DNA of 24,000 nucleotides from Clostridium chauvoei. GTDB lineage: Bacteria; Bacillota; Clostridia; Clostridiales; Clostridiaceae. A program made the position numbers and the translations under genes. The notes under the pieces are model-generated. The model was not told where the DNA came from. It saw nothing but the letters and a program-made list of their open reading frames with translations, and ran no database searches. Where the stretch lies: NCBI RefSeq assembly GCF_002327185.1, contig NZ_CP018624.1:2032660-2056659 (forward strand). The letters run 5' to 3'. The stretch's first letter is position 1; each line of letters opens with the position of its first letter. Below, in pieces: positions 1 to 6,403 of the stretch.

Positions 1-369
1 TGAAACACAAATAGTACCAGTAAAACTCAAATCAAAAGATTTTACCTTTTTTAAATTTATAATTTCTGAATTAGAAATACGAACAAAGTTATTTTTATTA
101 AGACGTTCTTCCAACTCATATAAGCGTAGTCTTAGGGAATATTCCCCTTTATTTGTCAAGGCAATTACTTTTCCATCTACTGTATAAATACGACTAATAT
201 TTGATTGGTCTAATATCTCCAAAATACCTTTCTGAAAACCAGCTATTATCTGTGGTTCTTCATCAGAAAGCTTTTTTATTATATTATTTATTTCATCTGT
301 CATCTTATCAGTAATTATAATAACTTTTGGTTCTTTACAGCTATTATCAATTTTTATTTCAACTTGCAT
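1..369 (-). CDS. Stand-alone LytTR-domain DNA-binding regulator (HdrR/BrsR-like short type); N-terminal 123 codons only, C-terminus lies beyond the window start
   Basis: Not in the ORF track because it runs off the window. The reverse complement of 1..369 is open from ATG (367-369): MQVEIKIDNSCKEPKVIIITDKMTDEINNIIKKLSDEEPQIIAGFQKGILEILDQSNISRIYTVDGKVIALTNKGEYSLRLRLYELEERLNKNNFVRISNSEIINLKKVKSFDLSFTGTICVS. GGAGG Shine-Dalgarno (SD) at 377-381, 7 nt from the ATG. RLRLYELEE...FVRISNSEIINL is a typical LytTR-domain signature. No receiver domain. Confidence 0.8.
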   Translation of the reverse strand, partial: MQVEIKIDNSCKEPKVIIITDKMTDEINNIIKKLSDEEPQIIAGFQKGILEILDQSNISRIYTVDGKVIALTNKGEYSLRLRLYELEERLNKNNFVRISNSEIINLKKVKSFDLSFTGTICVS

Positions 370-433
370 CTAATTACCTCCTTCTTATGGTGATATTATA
401 AACATATAAAGACCTATACTCTACTGTTTTTTC

Positions 434-463
434 ATAAGTGGTCAATATTTAAAGATAAGTGGT
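434..463 (-). promoter_or_regulatory. Paired 9-bp direct repeat ACCACTTAT-N12-ACCACTTAT (candidate LytTR box)
   Basis: Plus-strand ATAAGTGGT at 434-442 and 455-463, exactly 21 bp apart. It lies 33 nt upstream of a TATAAT (minus strand, 400..395) and upstream of the LytTR gene start at 369. Confidence 0.6.
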
Positions 464-534
464 GAAAATTACACAATTGCTTATACTTATAATTCATCCA
501 CCATTTTTTTACTTAACTATTTATATAATAAATA

Positions 535-571
535 ATAATACCCCAACGAATATAATCCGAAAGGGTATTAT
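535..571 (-). terminator. Hairpin terminator after the HipA-like gene
   Basis: ATAATACCC (535-543) pairs with GGGTATTAT (563-571) around a 19-nt loop. On the minus strand it is followed by TATTTATTAT. It sits 19 nt after the stop at 590. The loop is long and the T-run is weak. Confidence 0.45.
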
Positions 572-589
572 CTATATTAAGACTTACTA

Positions 590-1753
590 TTAGATACTTT
601 GAATTACTCTACATCTGCTTTTTAGTAAATCCTTTATTGCTTTTTCTCTATATTTTTCAACACTATAAAAATTAATAGTATCTATTTTATTATTTAATTC
701 CTTGGCCCATTTTTTATATTTTTTAGGGTTCCTCTTAATAACATCCTTAGCCTGATCCCTATTCTTAATATAGAATGTACCTAAATCTGAATAACTATCA
801 AAGTCAAACTCTTTTAGTTCATACTCCATATGAAAATTCAATAATGAAAATCCATTATCAAATATAGGAGCTAATTTTTCAATTTCTCCTGTATTATTAT
901 TTCTAATAAATCCAAAATTATTAAAATGTCTATCTTTATTTTCAATAATATAGTCAAAAACTATCATATCATCTATTCCTAACATTATTTCATCAGAAAC
1001 TAAACTTTTAATATCATTATATTTCCATCTATCTTTAGTCCCTACTTCTGTAGATAAAAACTCTGCCATTGTTAGGTACCCATGATCAACATCAGTAAAC
1101 AACTTGCATTTAGTACATAAGATATCTTGCCATCTATCTAATTCATATTTAATATGTGGTATTCCTATTATATCAGCAACTTGTGATGCAATAACCTCTG
1201 AATAAGGTTCATTACCTGCATTGGCCGCTCCTGATGAGCCCTTTTTATATAAATAGATTCCATCATCTAGTTGTCTCCATGCTTTACCTAACATTCCTTG
1301 TGTAGTTAATTCAGGTGTATTTATTCTACCACCTAAAGATGAAGTATTACCAAAAAAAGTTATTATTCCTAATGATTCTTTAAATCCATTTTCATATAAA
1401 TTGACACATGAAAAATCTTTATCATACCAGCTTATTTCATCATTTGAATTCTTAATCCAATAAGTATCATTTAATGAAACTCCATTATTAATCTTTAAAT
1501 AATCAAATGGATCTGGTCTATCACTAAGCATTAAAGCTTCTATTACATTTTCTATATGTTCTCTATTGGTTGGAATTGGTCTGCTATCTAACCAAAAATC
1601 AAATATATCTATATTATCCTTTAATCTGTATGGTAATATATTTCTATTTTCCTCATATATTTTTATAACTTCATACTTCTTATCAAGTGTATCAACTTTC
1701 TTAAAATCTATTAGAGGTTTATCTTTGGAATATAGTGTATATATATTTTCCAT
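590..1753 (-). CDS. HipA-like Ser/Thr kinase (HipA_C fold; type II toxin family)
   Basis: 387-aa ORF. The catalytic-loop-like NKDRHFNNFGF resembles the HipA ..D.H.KN(F/W)S. motif. The Mg-binding-like LAPIFDNGFSL resembles HipA ..P.YD..S. SD is AGAGGGAGAG, upstream of the ATG. Confidence 0.7.
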   Translation of the reverse strand: MENIYTLYSKDKPLIDFKKVDTLDKKYEVIKIYEENRNILPYRLKDNIDIFDFWLDSRPIPTNREHIENVIEALMLSDRPDPFDYLKINNGVSLNDTYWIKNSNDEISWYDKDFSCVNLYENGFKESLGIITFFGNTSSLGGRINTPELTTQGMLGKAWRQLDDGIYLYKKGSSGAANAGNEPYSEVIASQVADIIGIPHIKYELDRWQDILCTKCKLFTDVDHGYLTMAEFLSTEVGTKDRWKYNDIKSLVSDEIMLGIDDMIVFDYIIENKDRHFNNFGFIRNNNTGEIEKLAPIFDNGFSLLNFHMEYELKEFDFDSYSDLGTFYIKNRDQAKDVIKRNPKKYKKWAKELNNKIDTINFYSVEKYREKAIKDLLKSRCRVIQSI

Positions 1754-1791
1754 TATTTCACTCTCCCTCTTATATTCTACGTATATCTTTA

Positions 1792-1820
1792 ATAATATAA
1801 TATCTTAGATATTATATTAT
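1792..1820. promoter_or_regulatory. Perfect 29-bp palindrome (14-bp arms, 1-nt centre); operator-like
   Basis: ATAATATAATATCT-T-AGATATTATATTAT; every arm position was checked as complementary. It overlaps the -10 element and the predicted start region of the HipA-like gene promoter. Confidence 0.6.
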
Positions 1821-1844
1821 AACAATAGTTTATCACATACTAAA
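1816..1844 (-). promoter_or_regulatory. Sigma-A-type promoter of the HipA-like gene (extended -10)
   Basis: Minus strand reads TTTAGT (1844..1839), a 17-nt spacer, then TGTTATAAT (TG at 1824-1823, TATAAT at 1821..1816), about 60 nt upstream of the ATG at 1753. Confidence 0.5.
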
Positions 1845-1899
1845 TGGAACTGTAATTTTGATATAGGGCTATGTGAATAAACTATATTCAGGTAGCGAG

Positions 1900-1980
1900 A
1901 TTGAAATTAAAAGCAAAGAAAAAAGCACCCATCCGACCAAGAATAGTGCTTTAAACTCTTAATTAAATCTCTATTTAATT
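1900..1980 (-). repeat. Copy A of an approx. 80-bp imperfect repeat containing a minus-strand terminator-like hairpin
   Basis: A 22-nt core AAATTAAAAGCAAAGAAAAAAG (1904-1925) is identical to 3121-3142, and flanking similarity continues to about 1980. On the minus strand GCACTATTC-TTGGTC-GGATGGGTGC is followed by TTTTTTCTTTGCTTTTAATTT. Confidence 0.7.
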
Positions 1981-2021
1981 CATATAATAGCCCTAAAACA
2001 AAATAAATGTTCTAAGGATTA

Positions 2022-2054
2022 CTTAGTGTTACAGGCACTAAGCTTTTCTTATTT
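2022..2054 (+). terminator. Orphan plus-strand hairpin plus T-rich tail
   Basis: CTTAGTG (2022-2028), loop TTACAGG, CACTAAG (2036-2042), then CTTTTCTTATTT. Its polarity is plus-strand, yet no credible plus-strand ORF lies upstream. Confidence 0.35.
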
Positions 2055-2100
2055 ATATAATATCACGTTTTTTTAAAAAATAAACATAATTTTTTGTATC

Positions 2101-2181
2101 TTATGCCGTTAAAAATAATACAAAGTAAAATAATATAATTGCAATTATAATACTTCCAAGTGCATATAAAAGTTTTTTCAT
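2101..2181 (-). CDS. 26-aa hydrophobic peptide (MKKLLYALGSIIIAIILFYFVLFLTA)
   Basis: Found by hand; too short for the ORF track. ATG at 2179-2181, with a GAGGA SD 6 nt upstream that overlaps the stop codon of the DUF4230 gene. It has a single predicted TM helix and a Lys-Lys N-terminus. Confidence 0.4.
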   Translation of the reverse strand: MKKLLYALGSIIIAIILFYFVLFLTA

Positions 2182-2192
2182 AGTATTCCTCA

Positions 2193-2828
2193 CTATTCTT
2201 TATCTTTAAAAATTATTTCATATTTTTTTAAATCATATACATTCCCAAAAAATGCTGTTAACATTTTTTCTCCATTAGTACGAGCATTATCTAATAAACC
2301 ATTTGCAATAGAATCTTTTTCTGCTTTTTCTTTTAATTCCTTCATTACTTCATTATTTTCTGTAATGGTAACTTTAGTAAAGATACTATCATCCTCATGA
2401 TATATTTTAAATGAACCTAAGTCTATTTCACTACTTAATACCTTTGACTTTGGTAGCTTTACTTCAATGCTAGTCCCATTTTCTTTCCACTCAATATCTT
2501 CAAAATTAAAACCAGCTTTTATAACTATATCGTAGCTATATATGTATTTACTTTGCGTAAATGGTATTGTAATTCCAAACAAGTTCCTTGACTTATCTGT
2601 AACATTTAATTCTGTACAATAGGCAGTTTGGGTAGCTAACTCTCCAATATCTTCAAATCCAATTTTTGTAGTCTTATTATCAAATGAAACAAATTTACTT
2701 AATCCAATTGCTACAGCAACAATACATGCTAGAATCACAATACCTATTATTTTCTGTTTAATAGAATACCTTTTTAAAAACTTTAATTTAATCCCACCCT
2801 TTTTTACCATTTCATTTTGCATACTCAT
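2193..2828 (-). CDS. DUF4230-like membrane-anchored protein
   Basis: 211-aa ORF with an N-terminal TM helix (IIGIVILACIVAVAIGL). Size and layout recall the DUF4230 family. Assigned from memory of the family, not by alignment. Confidence 0.5.
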   Translation of the reverse strand: MSMQNEMVKKGGIKLKFLKRYSIKQKIIGIVILACIVAVAIGLSKFVSFDNKTTKIGFEDIGELATQTAYCTELNVTDKSRNLFGITIPFTQSKYIYSYDIVIKAGFNFEDIEWKENGTSIEVKLPKSKVLSSEIDLGSFKIYHEDDSIFTKVTITENNEVMKELKEKAEKDSIANGLLDNARTNGEKMLTAFFGNVYDLKKYEIIFKDKE

Positions 2829-3116
2829 AAACTTTTCCTCTCCCTTTACTTAAAATTCTTCATTACAATAAAGCATACAATTTTCATAAAATAGCATGTC
2901 TAAATTCTTAGATGCCTTTATAAATTCTACATAAAAATACATTTTTTATTAGATAAATTAACATAATTATAGCATATTTTTAAATACCCAACTATATTAA
3001 CTCTAAAAATATGTGTTTATAATCTTAATTCCCTTTTTACATCTTAAAATGACATTTTCCCATTTTATTCTTATGTATATGTTATACATAATTATGTTAT
3101 AATTTTAAAGTAATAT

Positions 3117-3194
3117 ATTAAAATTAAAAGCAAAGAAAAAAGTGCCCCATCCTGCAAAGAGTAGAACTTTTTCTTAATTAATCTTCAATTAATC
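3117..3194 (-). repeat. Copy B of the approx. 80-bp imperfect repeat
   Basis: 3121-3142 is identical to 1904-1925. Downstream similarity includes CCCATCC, TCTTAATTAA and TTAAT. The hairpin is more degenerate than in copy A. It overlaps the end of the extended small ORF at 3189. Confidence 0.7.
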
Positions 3195-3293
3195 TTTACC
3201 TATTACAACTCTCATATTTTCATCATATTCAATACCTAATTCCTTATATAACTTATCATTTAACTTTATAAGTTTATCATGATAATCCTTGTA

Positions 3294-3488
3294 CTAATTA
3301 CTTAATATTTTCATGTTAGGTAAAAAGATATCATAGTATCCGCTACTATTAAAAAATTCATTAAGTTGCTTTTTAAACCTATAGAACGGATTCATAATCT
3401 TTAATAATGATTTATCATTTTGTTTTTCTATATTATCTAATAATTTTTGCTTATATTTTTCTAACTCTTCCCCTTCTGCATTTAACAT
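3294..3488 (-). CDS. Hypothetical small soluble protein (64 aa to TAG; reading frame stays open 34 more codons after the TAG)
   Basis: ORF track. Weak SD (GAGTGA). The region in frame after the TAG (3294-3296) reads YKDYHDKLIKLNDKLYKELGIEYDENMRVVIGKD, ending at TAA 3189-3191. Confidence 0.4.
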   Translation of the reverse strand: MLNAEGEELEKYKQKLLDNIEKQNDKSLLKIMNPFYRFKKQLNEFFNSSGYYDIFLPNMKILSN

Positions 3489-3535
3489 ATTATTTATTTC
3501 ACTCTATGTATTTTCTACTAATTAAATTTAGAGTA

Positions 3536-3853
3536 TTACTTATGATACAGTTCAACTTTATATATTCTAATATATAAAATAAATGCAATAATACTTCCAT
3601 TTAAAATCATTGAAATACTTATTAAAAACTCACTAAAAATTATACTAATAATAAATACTAAAGACATTAATCCAACTACCAATTGCCACTCATAATTGCT
3701 TTTTATTTTTTGAGTAATTTCTTGAAACCAGCTACACTTCTTATTTAATTGTATAAATATAGTTAAACTAATTATGTAGGAAATTATCATTAGTAAAATA
3801 TTTATAGATTTATTCAAATTAATCATCCCCTTATAATAAAATATTATTAACAT
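3536..3853 (-). CDS. Hypothetical small membrane protein (about 3 TM)
   Basis: ORF track. The start is uncertain. ATG 3853 has no SD. ATG 3826 abuts AAGGGG with no spacing. The TTG three codons after ATG 3826 lies 9 nt from AAGGGG and is the best-placed start. Confidence 0.5.
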   Translation of the reverse strand: MLIIFYYKGMINLNKSINILLMIISYIISLTIFIQLNKKCSWFQEITQKIKSNYEWQLVVGLMSLVFIISIIFSEFLISISMILNGSIIAFILYIRIYKVELYHK

Positions 3854-3878
3854 AAATAATTTATTTTGTATAATTAAA

Positions 3879-3901
3879 GGTGGATAAATCGTTTATCCAC
3901 C
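3879..3901 (-). terminator. thrS terminator hairpin
   Basis: Perfect GGTGGATAAA-TCG-TTTATCCACC, 36 nt after the thrS stop. The minus-strand tail is TTTAATT and the plus-strand tail is TTGTTTTT, so it may act in both directions. Confidence 0.65.
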
Positions 3902-3936
3902 TTGTTTTTAAACTTAATTTGCTGTTATTTTTAATT

Positions 3937-5847
3937 TTATAATTCTTTATTTTCAACTTCGTTGTTAATTCTTTTAATTAACTCTTCTAGTTCCATACTA
4001 CCTTCATCGCCATTCTTTCTACTACGCATAGAAATCTTATTTTCCTGCTCTTCTTTTTCTCCAATAACAATAATGTATTGGATTCTTTCGTTTCTTGCTT
4101 CTCTTATTTTATATCCTATTTTTTCGCTTCTAGAATCCATTTCAACTCTTATTCCATTAGCATTTAGTTTGTTTTTAACTTCTTCTGAATAAGCATTGAA
4201 CTTATCTGATATTGGTAGTATTTTAACTTGAATTGGAGCAAGCCATGTTGGGAATTTACCTGCAAAGTGTTCAATTAATATTCCTATAAATCTTTCTATA
4301 CTTCCGAATATTACTCTATGAATAACTATTGGTCTATGCTTTTCTCCATCTTTTCCTATATAGTCTAGTTCAAATCTTTGTGGAAGTTGGAAATCTAATT
4401 GAATTGTTCCACATTGCCAAGTTCTACCTAAGCTATCTTCAAGGTGAAAATCTATTTTAGGTCCATAAAATGCGCCATCACCTTCATTTATTACATAGTC
4501 TAAGTTAAGTTCATTTAATGCTGCTTTTAGTGATTCTTCTGCTAAATTCCAGTCTTCATCACTTCCCATAGAGTCTTCTGGTCTTGTAGATAATTCAATG
4601 CTGTATTTGAAGCCAAATATTGAATATACTTTATCAATAAGGTCTACTACACCTTTTATTTCAGATTTTATTTGGTCTGGTAACATGAAAATATGTGCAT
4701 CATCTTGAGTAAAGGCTCTAACTCTCATAAGTCCATGTAATGCTCCTGAAAGTTCATGTCTATGAACTCTTCCAAGTTCTCCAACTCTCATTGGGAAATC
4801 TCTATATGAATGTGCTTCTGATTTATAAACTAGCATTCCTCCTGGGCAATTCATTGGCTTTAATGCAAATTCTTCTTCATCAATCATTGAAGTGTACATA
4901 TTTTCTTTGTAATGATACCAATGTCCTGAAGTTTCCCATAGCTTTTTATTTAACATAATTGGTGTTTCAACTTCAACATATCCAGCATCATAATGAAGCT
5001 TTCTCCAGAAATCAATTAAAGTATTTTTAAGTACTACACCCTTAGGTAAGAAGAATGGGAAACCTGGCCCCTCATTCATAAATGTAAATAACTTTAATTC
5101 TTTGCCTAATTTTCTATGGTCTCTTTTCTTAGCTTCTTCTAAGTTATGAAGATGTTTTTCTAGTTGTTCTTTATTTGAAAATGCTACACCATATACTCTT
5201 TGTAACATCTTATTTTTTTCGTTTCCTCTCCAATATGCCCCAGCTACACTTGTTAATTTAAAAGCCTTTACGTATTTTGTTGATTTAATATGAGGTCCTC
5301 TACAAAGGTCAATATGTTCACCTTGTTTGTATAAAGAGATTTTTTCATTTTCTGGTAAATCTCTTATTAATTCTACCTTATATGGCTCATCTTTTTCTTC
5401 CATTAGCTTTATAGCATCTTCTCTTGGAATATCAATTCTTTCAAAGCCTAAGTTTTCTTTAATTATATTATTCATTTCTTTTTCGATTTTTTGTAAATCC
5501 TCTGTAGTTAATGGAGTTTCTATGTCAAAATCATAATAAAATCCATTTTCTATTGAAGGTCCTATAGCTAGTTTTGCATCCTTATAAATTCTCTTTACAG
5601 CTTGTGCTAATATATGAGAGGTAGAATGTCTTATAACTTCAACTGCTTTTTCATCATCTGCTGTTAATATATTTACCTCATCATTATTTTTTAGCTTGTA
5701 GTCTAAATCAACTAAGGTCTTATTAACTTCCCCAACTACTGCTTCTTTTCCTAAATTTCTGCTAATTGATTTTGCAAGATCAAGAACAGTTGAATTTTCT
5801 TCAATTTCTCTTATTGATCCATCATTAATTCTTATTTGTATACTCAT
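3937..5847 (-). CDS. thrS: Threonine--tRNA ligase
   Basis: 636-aa ORF with an N-terminal TGS-like domain, a second additional domain (HSTSHILAQAV), class II core motifs (FRDFPMR-like, RVRAFTQDDAHIF, GTIQLDF) and an anticodon-binding C-terminus. AGGAGG SD. Preceded by a Thr T-box. Confidence 0.97.
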   Translation of the reverse strand: MSIQIRINDGSIREIEENSTVLDLAKSISRNLGKEAVVGEVNKTLVDLDYKLKNNDEVNILTADDEKAVEVIRHSTSHILAQAVKRIYKDAKLAIGPSIENGFYYDFDIETPLTTEDLQKIEKEMNNIIKENLGFERIDIPREDAIKLMEEKDEPYKVELIRDLPENEKISLYKQGEHIDLCRGPHIKSTKYVKAFKLTSVAGAYWRGNEKNKMLQRVYGVAFSNKEQLEKHLHNLEEAKKRDHRKLGKELKLFTFMNEGPGFPFFLPKGVVLKNTLIDFWRKLHYDAGYVEVETPIMLNKKLWETSGHWYHYKENMYTSMIDEEEFALKPMNCPGGMLVYKSEAHSYRDFPMRVGELGRVHRHELSGALHGLMRVRAFTQDDAHIFMLPDQIKSEIKGVVDLIDKVYSIFGFKYSIELSTRPEDSMGSDEDWNLAEESLKAALNELNLDYVINEGDGAFYGPKIDFHLEDSLGRTWQCGTIQLDFQLPQRFELDYIGKDGEKHRPIVIHRVIFGSIERFIGILIEHFAGKFPTWLAPIQVKILPISDKFNAYSEEVKNKLNANGIRVEMDSRSEKIGYKIREARNERIQYIIVIGEKEEQENKISMRSRKNGDEGSMELEELIKRINNEVENKEL

Positions 5848-5883
5848 TCTTTTACCTCCTACTTAAAGTTTAATTTTAAATAT

Positions 5884-6149
5884 AAAAAAAGCATCCATCC
5901 CTAGCTTGGGACGAATGCGATTATCCGTGGTTCCACCCAAATTGAATTAAAAAATTCAATTCTTCTCTATAGCTTTAACGACTTTCACCGATGACATTTC
6001 ACTTAATTTAGCTAATAAATCATAGCTCCAGGGTAGTTTTTCTTATAGTCATATTTAGAAATACTTGCAGTCAATGATATTTCCTCCCTGAAAATTGTAT
6101 TCTATAATACTTTTCCCTTTCATAGCTTATTTAATATTTAATTTATATC
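5884..6149 (-). promoter_or_regulatory. T-box riboswitch leader (Thr specifier) with terminator/antiterminator
   Basis: Minus strand carries the T-box motif AATTTGGGTGGAACCACGG (5944..5925). A terminator follows: GCATTCGTCCC-AAGCT-AGGGATGGATGC plus TTTTTTT (5918..5884). Candidate specifier GAAAA-ACU-A at 6037..6035 is followed by CCC, which can pair with GGG on the 5' side of stem I. GA/K-turn-like ATGA elements sit at both ends of stem I. Confidence 0.9.
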
Positions 6150-6155
6150 ACCTAG

Positions 6156-6184
6156 ATTATAGTCCTTTTAGATTATATTGTAAA
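6156..6184 (-). promoter_or_regulatory. thrS/T-box promoter
   Basis: Minus strand reads TTTACA (6184..6179), a 17-nt spacer, then TATAAT (6161..6156). Confidence 0.7.
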
Positions 6185-6205
6185 TACCTAATTAGTATTT
6201 AAATT

Positions 6206-6403
6206 CTAAATATTCAGCTCTTTGTAAATTTTATAAGGTCTACTTGAATAAACTCCTACTAAGTTTTTTACCTTTATTTCTATTCCTGATTCTTCAAGAA
6301 CCTCTCTTGTTACACCTTCAATTAAATCTTCTCCATTCTCAATTTGTCCCCCTGGAAATTCCCATCCTCTATGTGGATTATTTATTTCTTGTAAATAAGG
6401 AAT
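6206..6403 (-). pseudogene. Nudix hydrolase relic (Nudix box retained; both termini missing; no start codon)
   Basis: Hand translation gives IPYLQEINNPHRGWEFPGGQIENGEDLIEGVTREVLEESGIEIKVKNLVGVYSSRPYKIYKELNI*. GGQIENGEDLIEGVTREVLEESGI fits the Nudix box GX5EX7REUXEEXGU. It is only 65 codons with no ATG/GTG/TTG start. It begins immediately after, and in frame with, the TAA of the upstream gene. Confidence 0.6.

Noticed and set aside
1-1753. HipA-like kinase plus the downstream LytTR protein as a reverse-order toxin-antitoxin operon
   Set aside because: The two genes are separated by 220 nt containing a hairpin (535-571). The LytTR gene has its own promoter-like region and direct-repeat site. 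The operator at the kinase promoter is a palindrome, whereas LytTR domains bind direct repeats. This is kept only as a remote possibility under the HipA finding.
1566-1808. Plus-strand 80-aa ORF overlapping the 5' end of the HipA-like gene
   Set aside because: It is antisense to a well-supported gene. Its composition is low-complexity and Leu/Ile/Ser/Phe-rich, as is typical of shadow frames in AT-rich DNA. It has no SD. The same reasoning applies to the other antisense track ORFs listed below.
3072-3090. 8-bp-arm palindrome TATGTATA-TGT-TATACATA in the DUF4230 upstream region
   Set aside because: The arms are short and entirely A/T-rich, which is common by chance in this composition. It shows no clear alignment with a promoter element.
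3962-5536. Three plus-strand ORFs (3962-4192, 4740-4958, 5327-5536) inside thrS
   Set aside because: These are shadow ORFs antisense to a highly conserved housekeeping gene. They have no SD and are hydrophobic and low-complexity.
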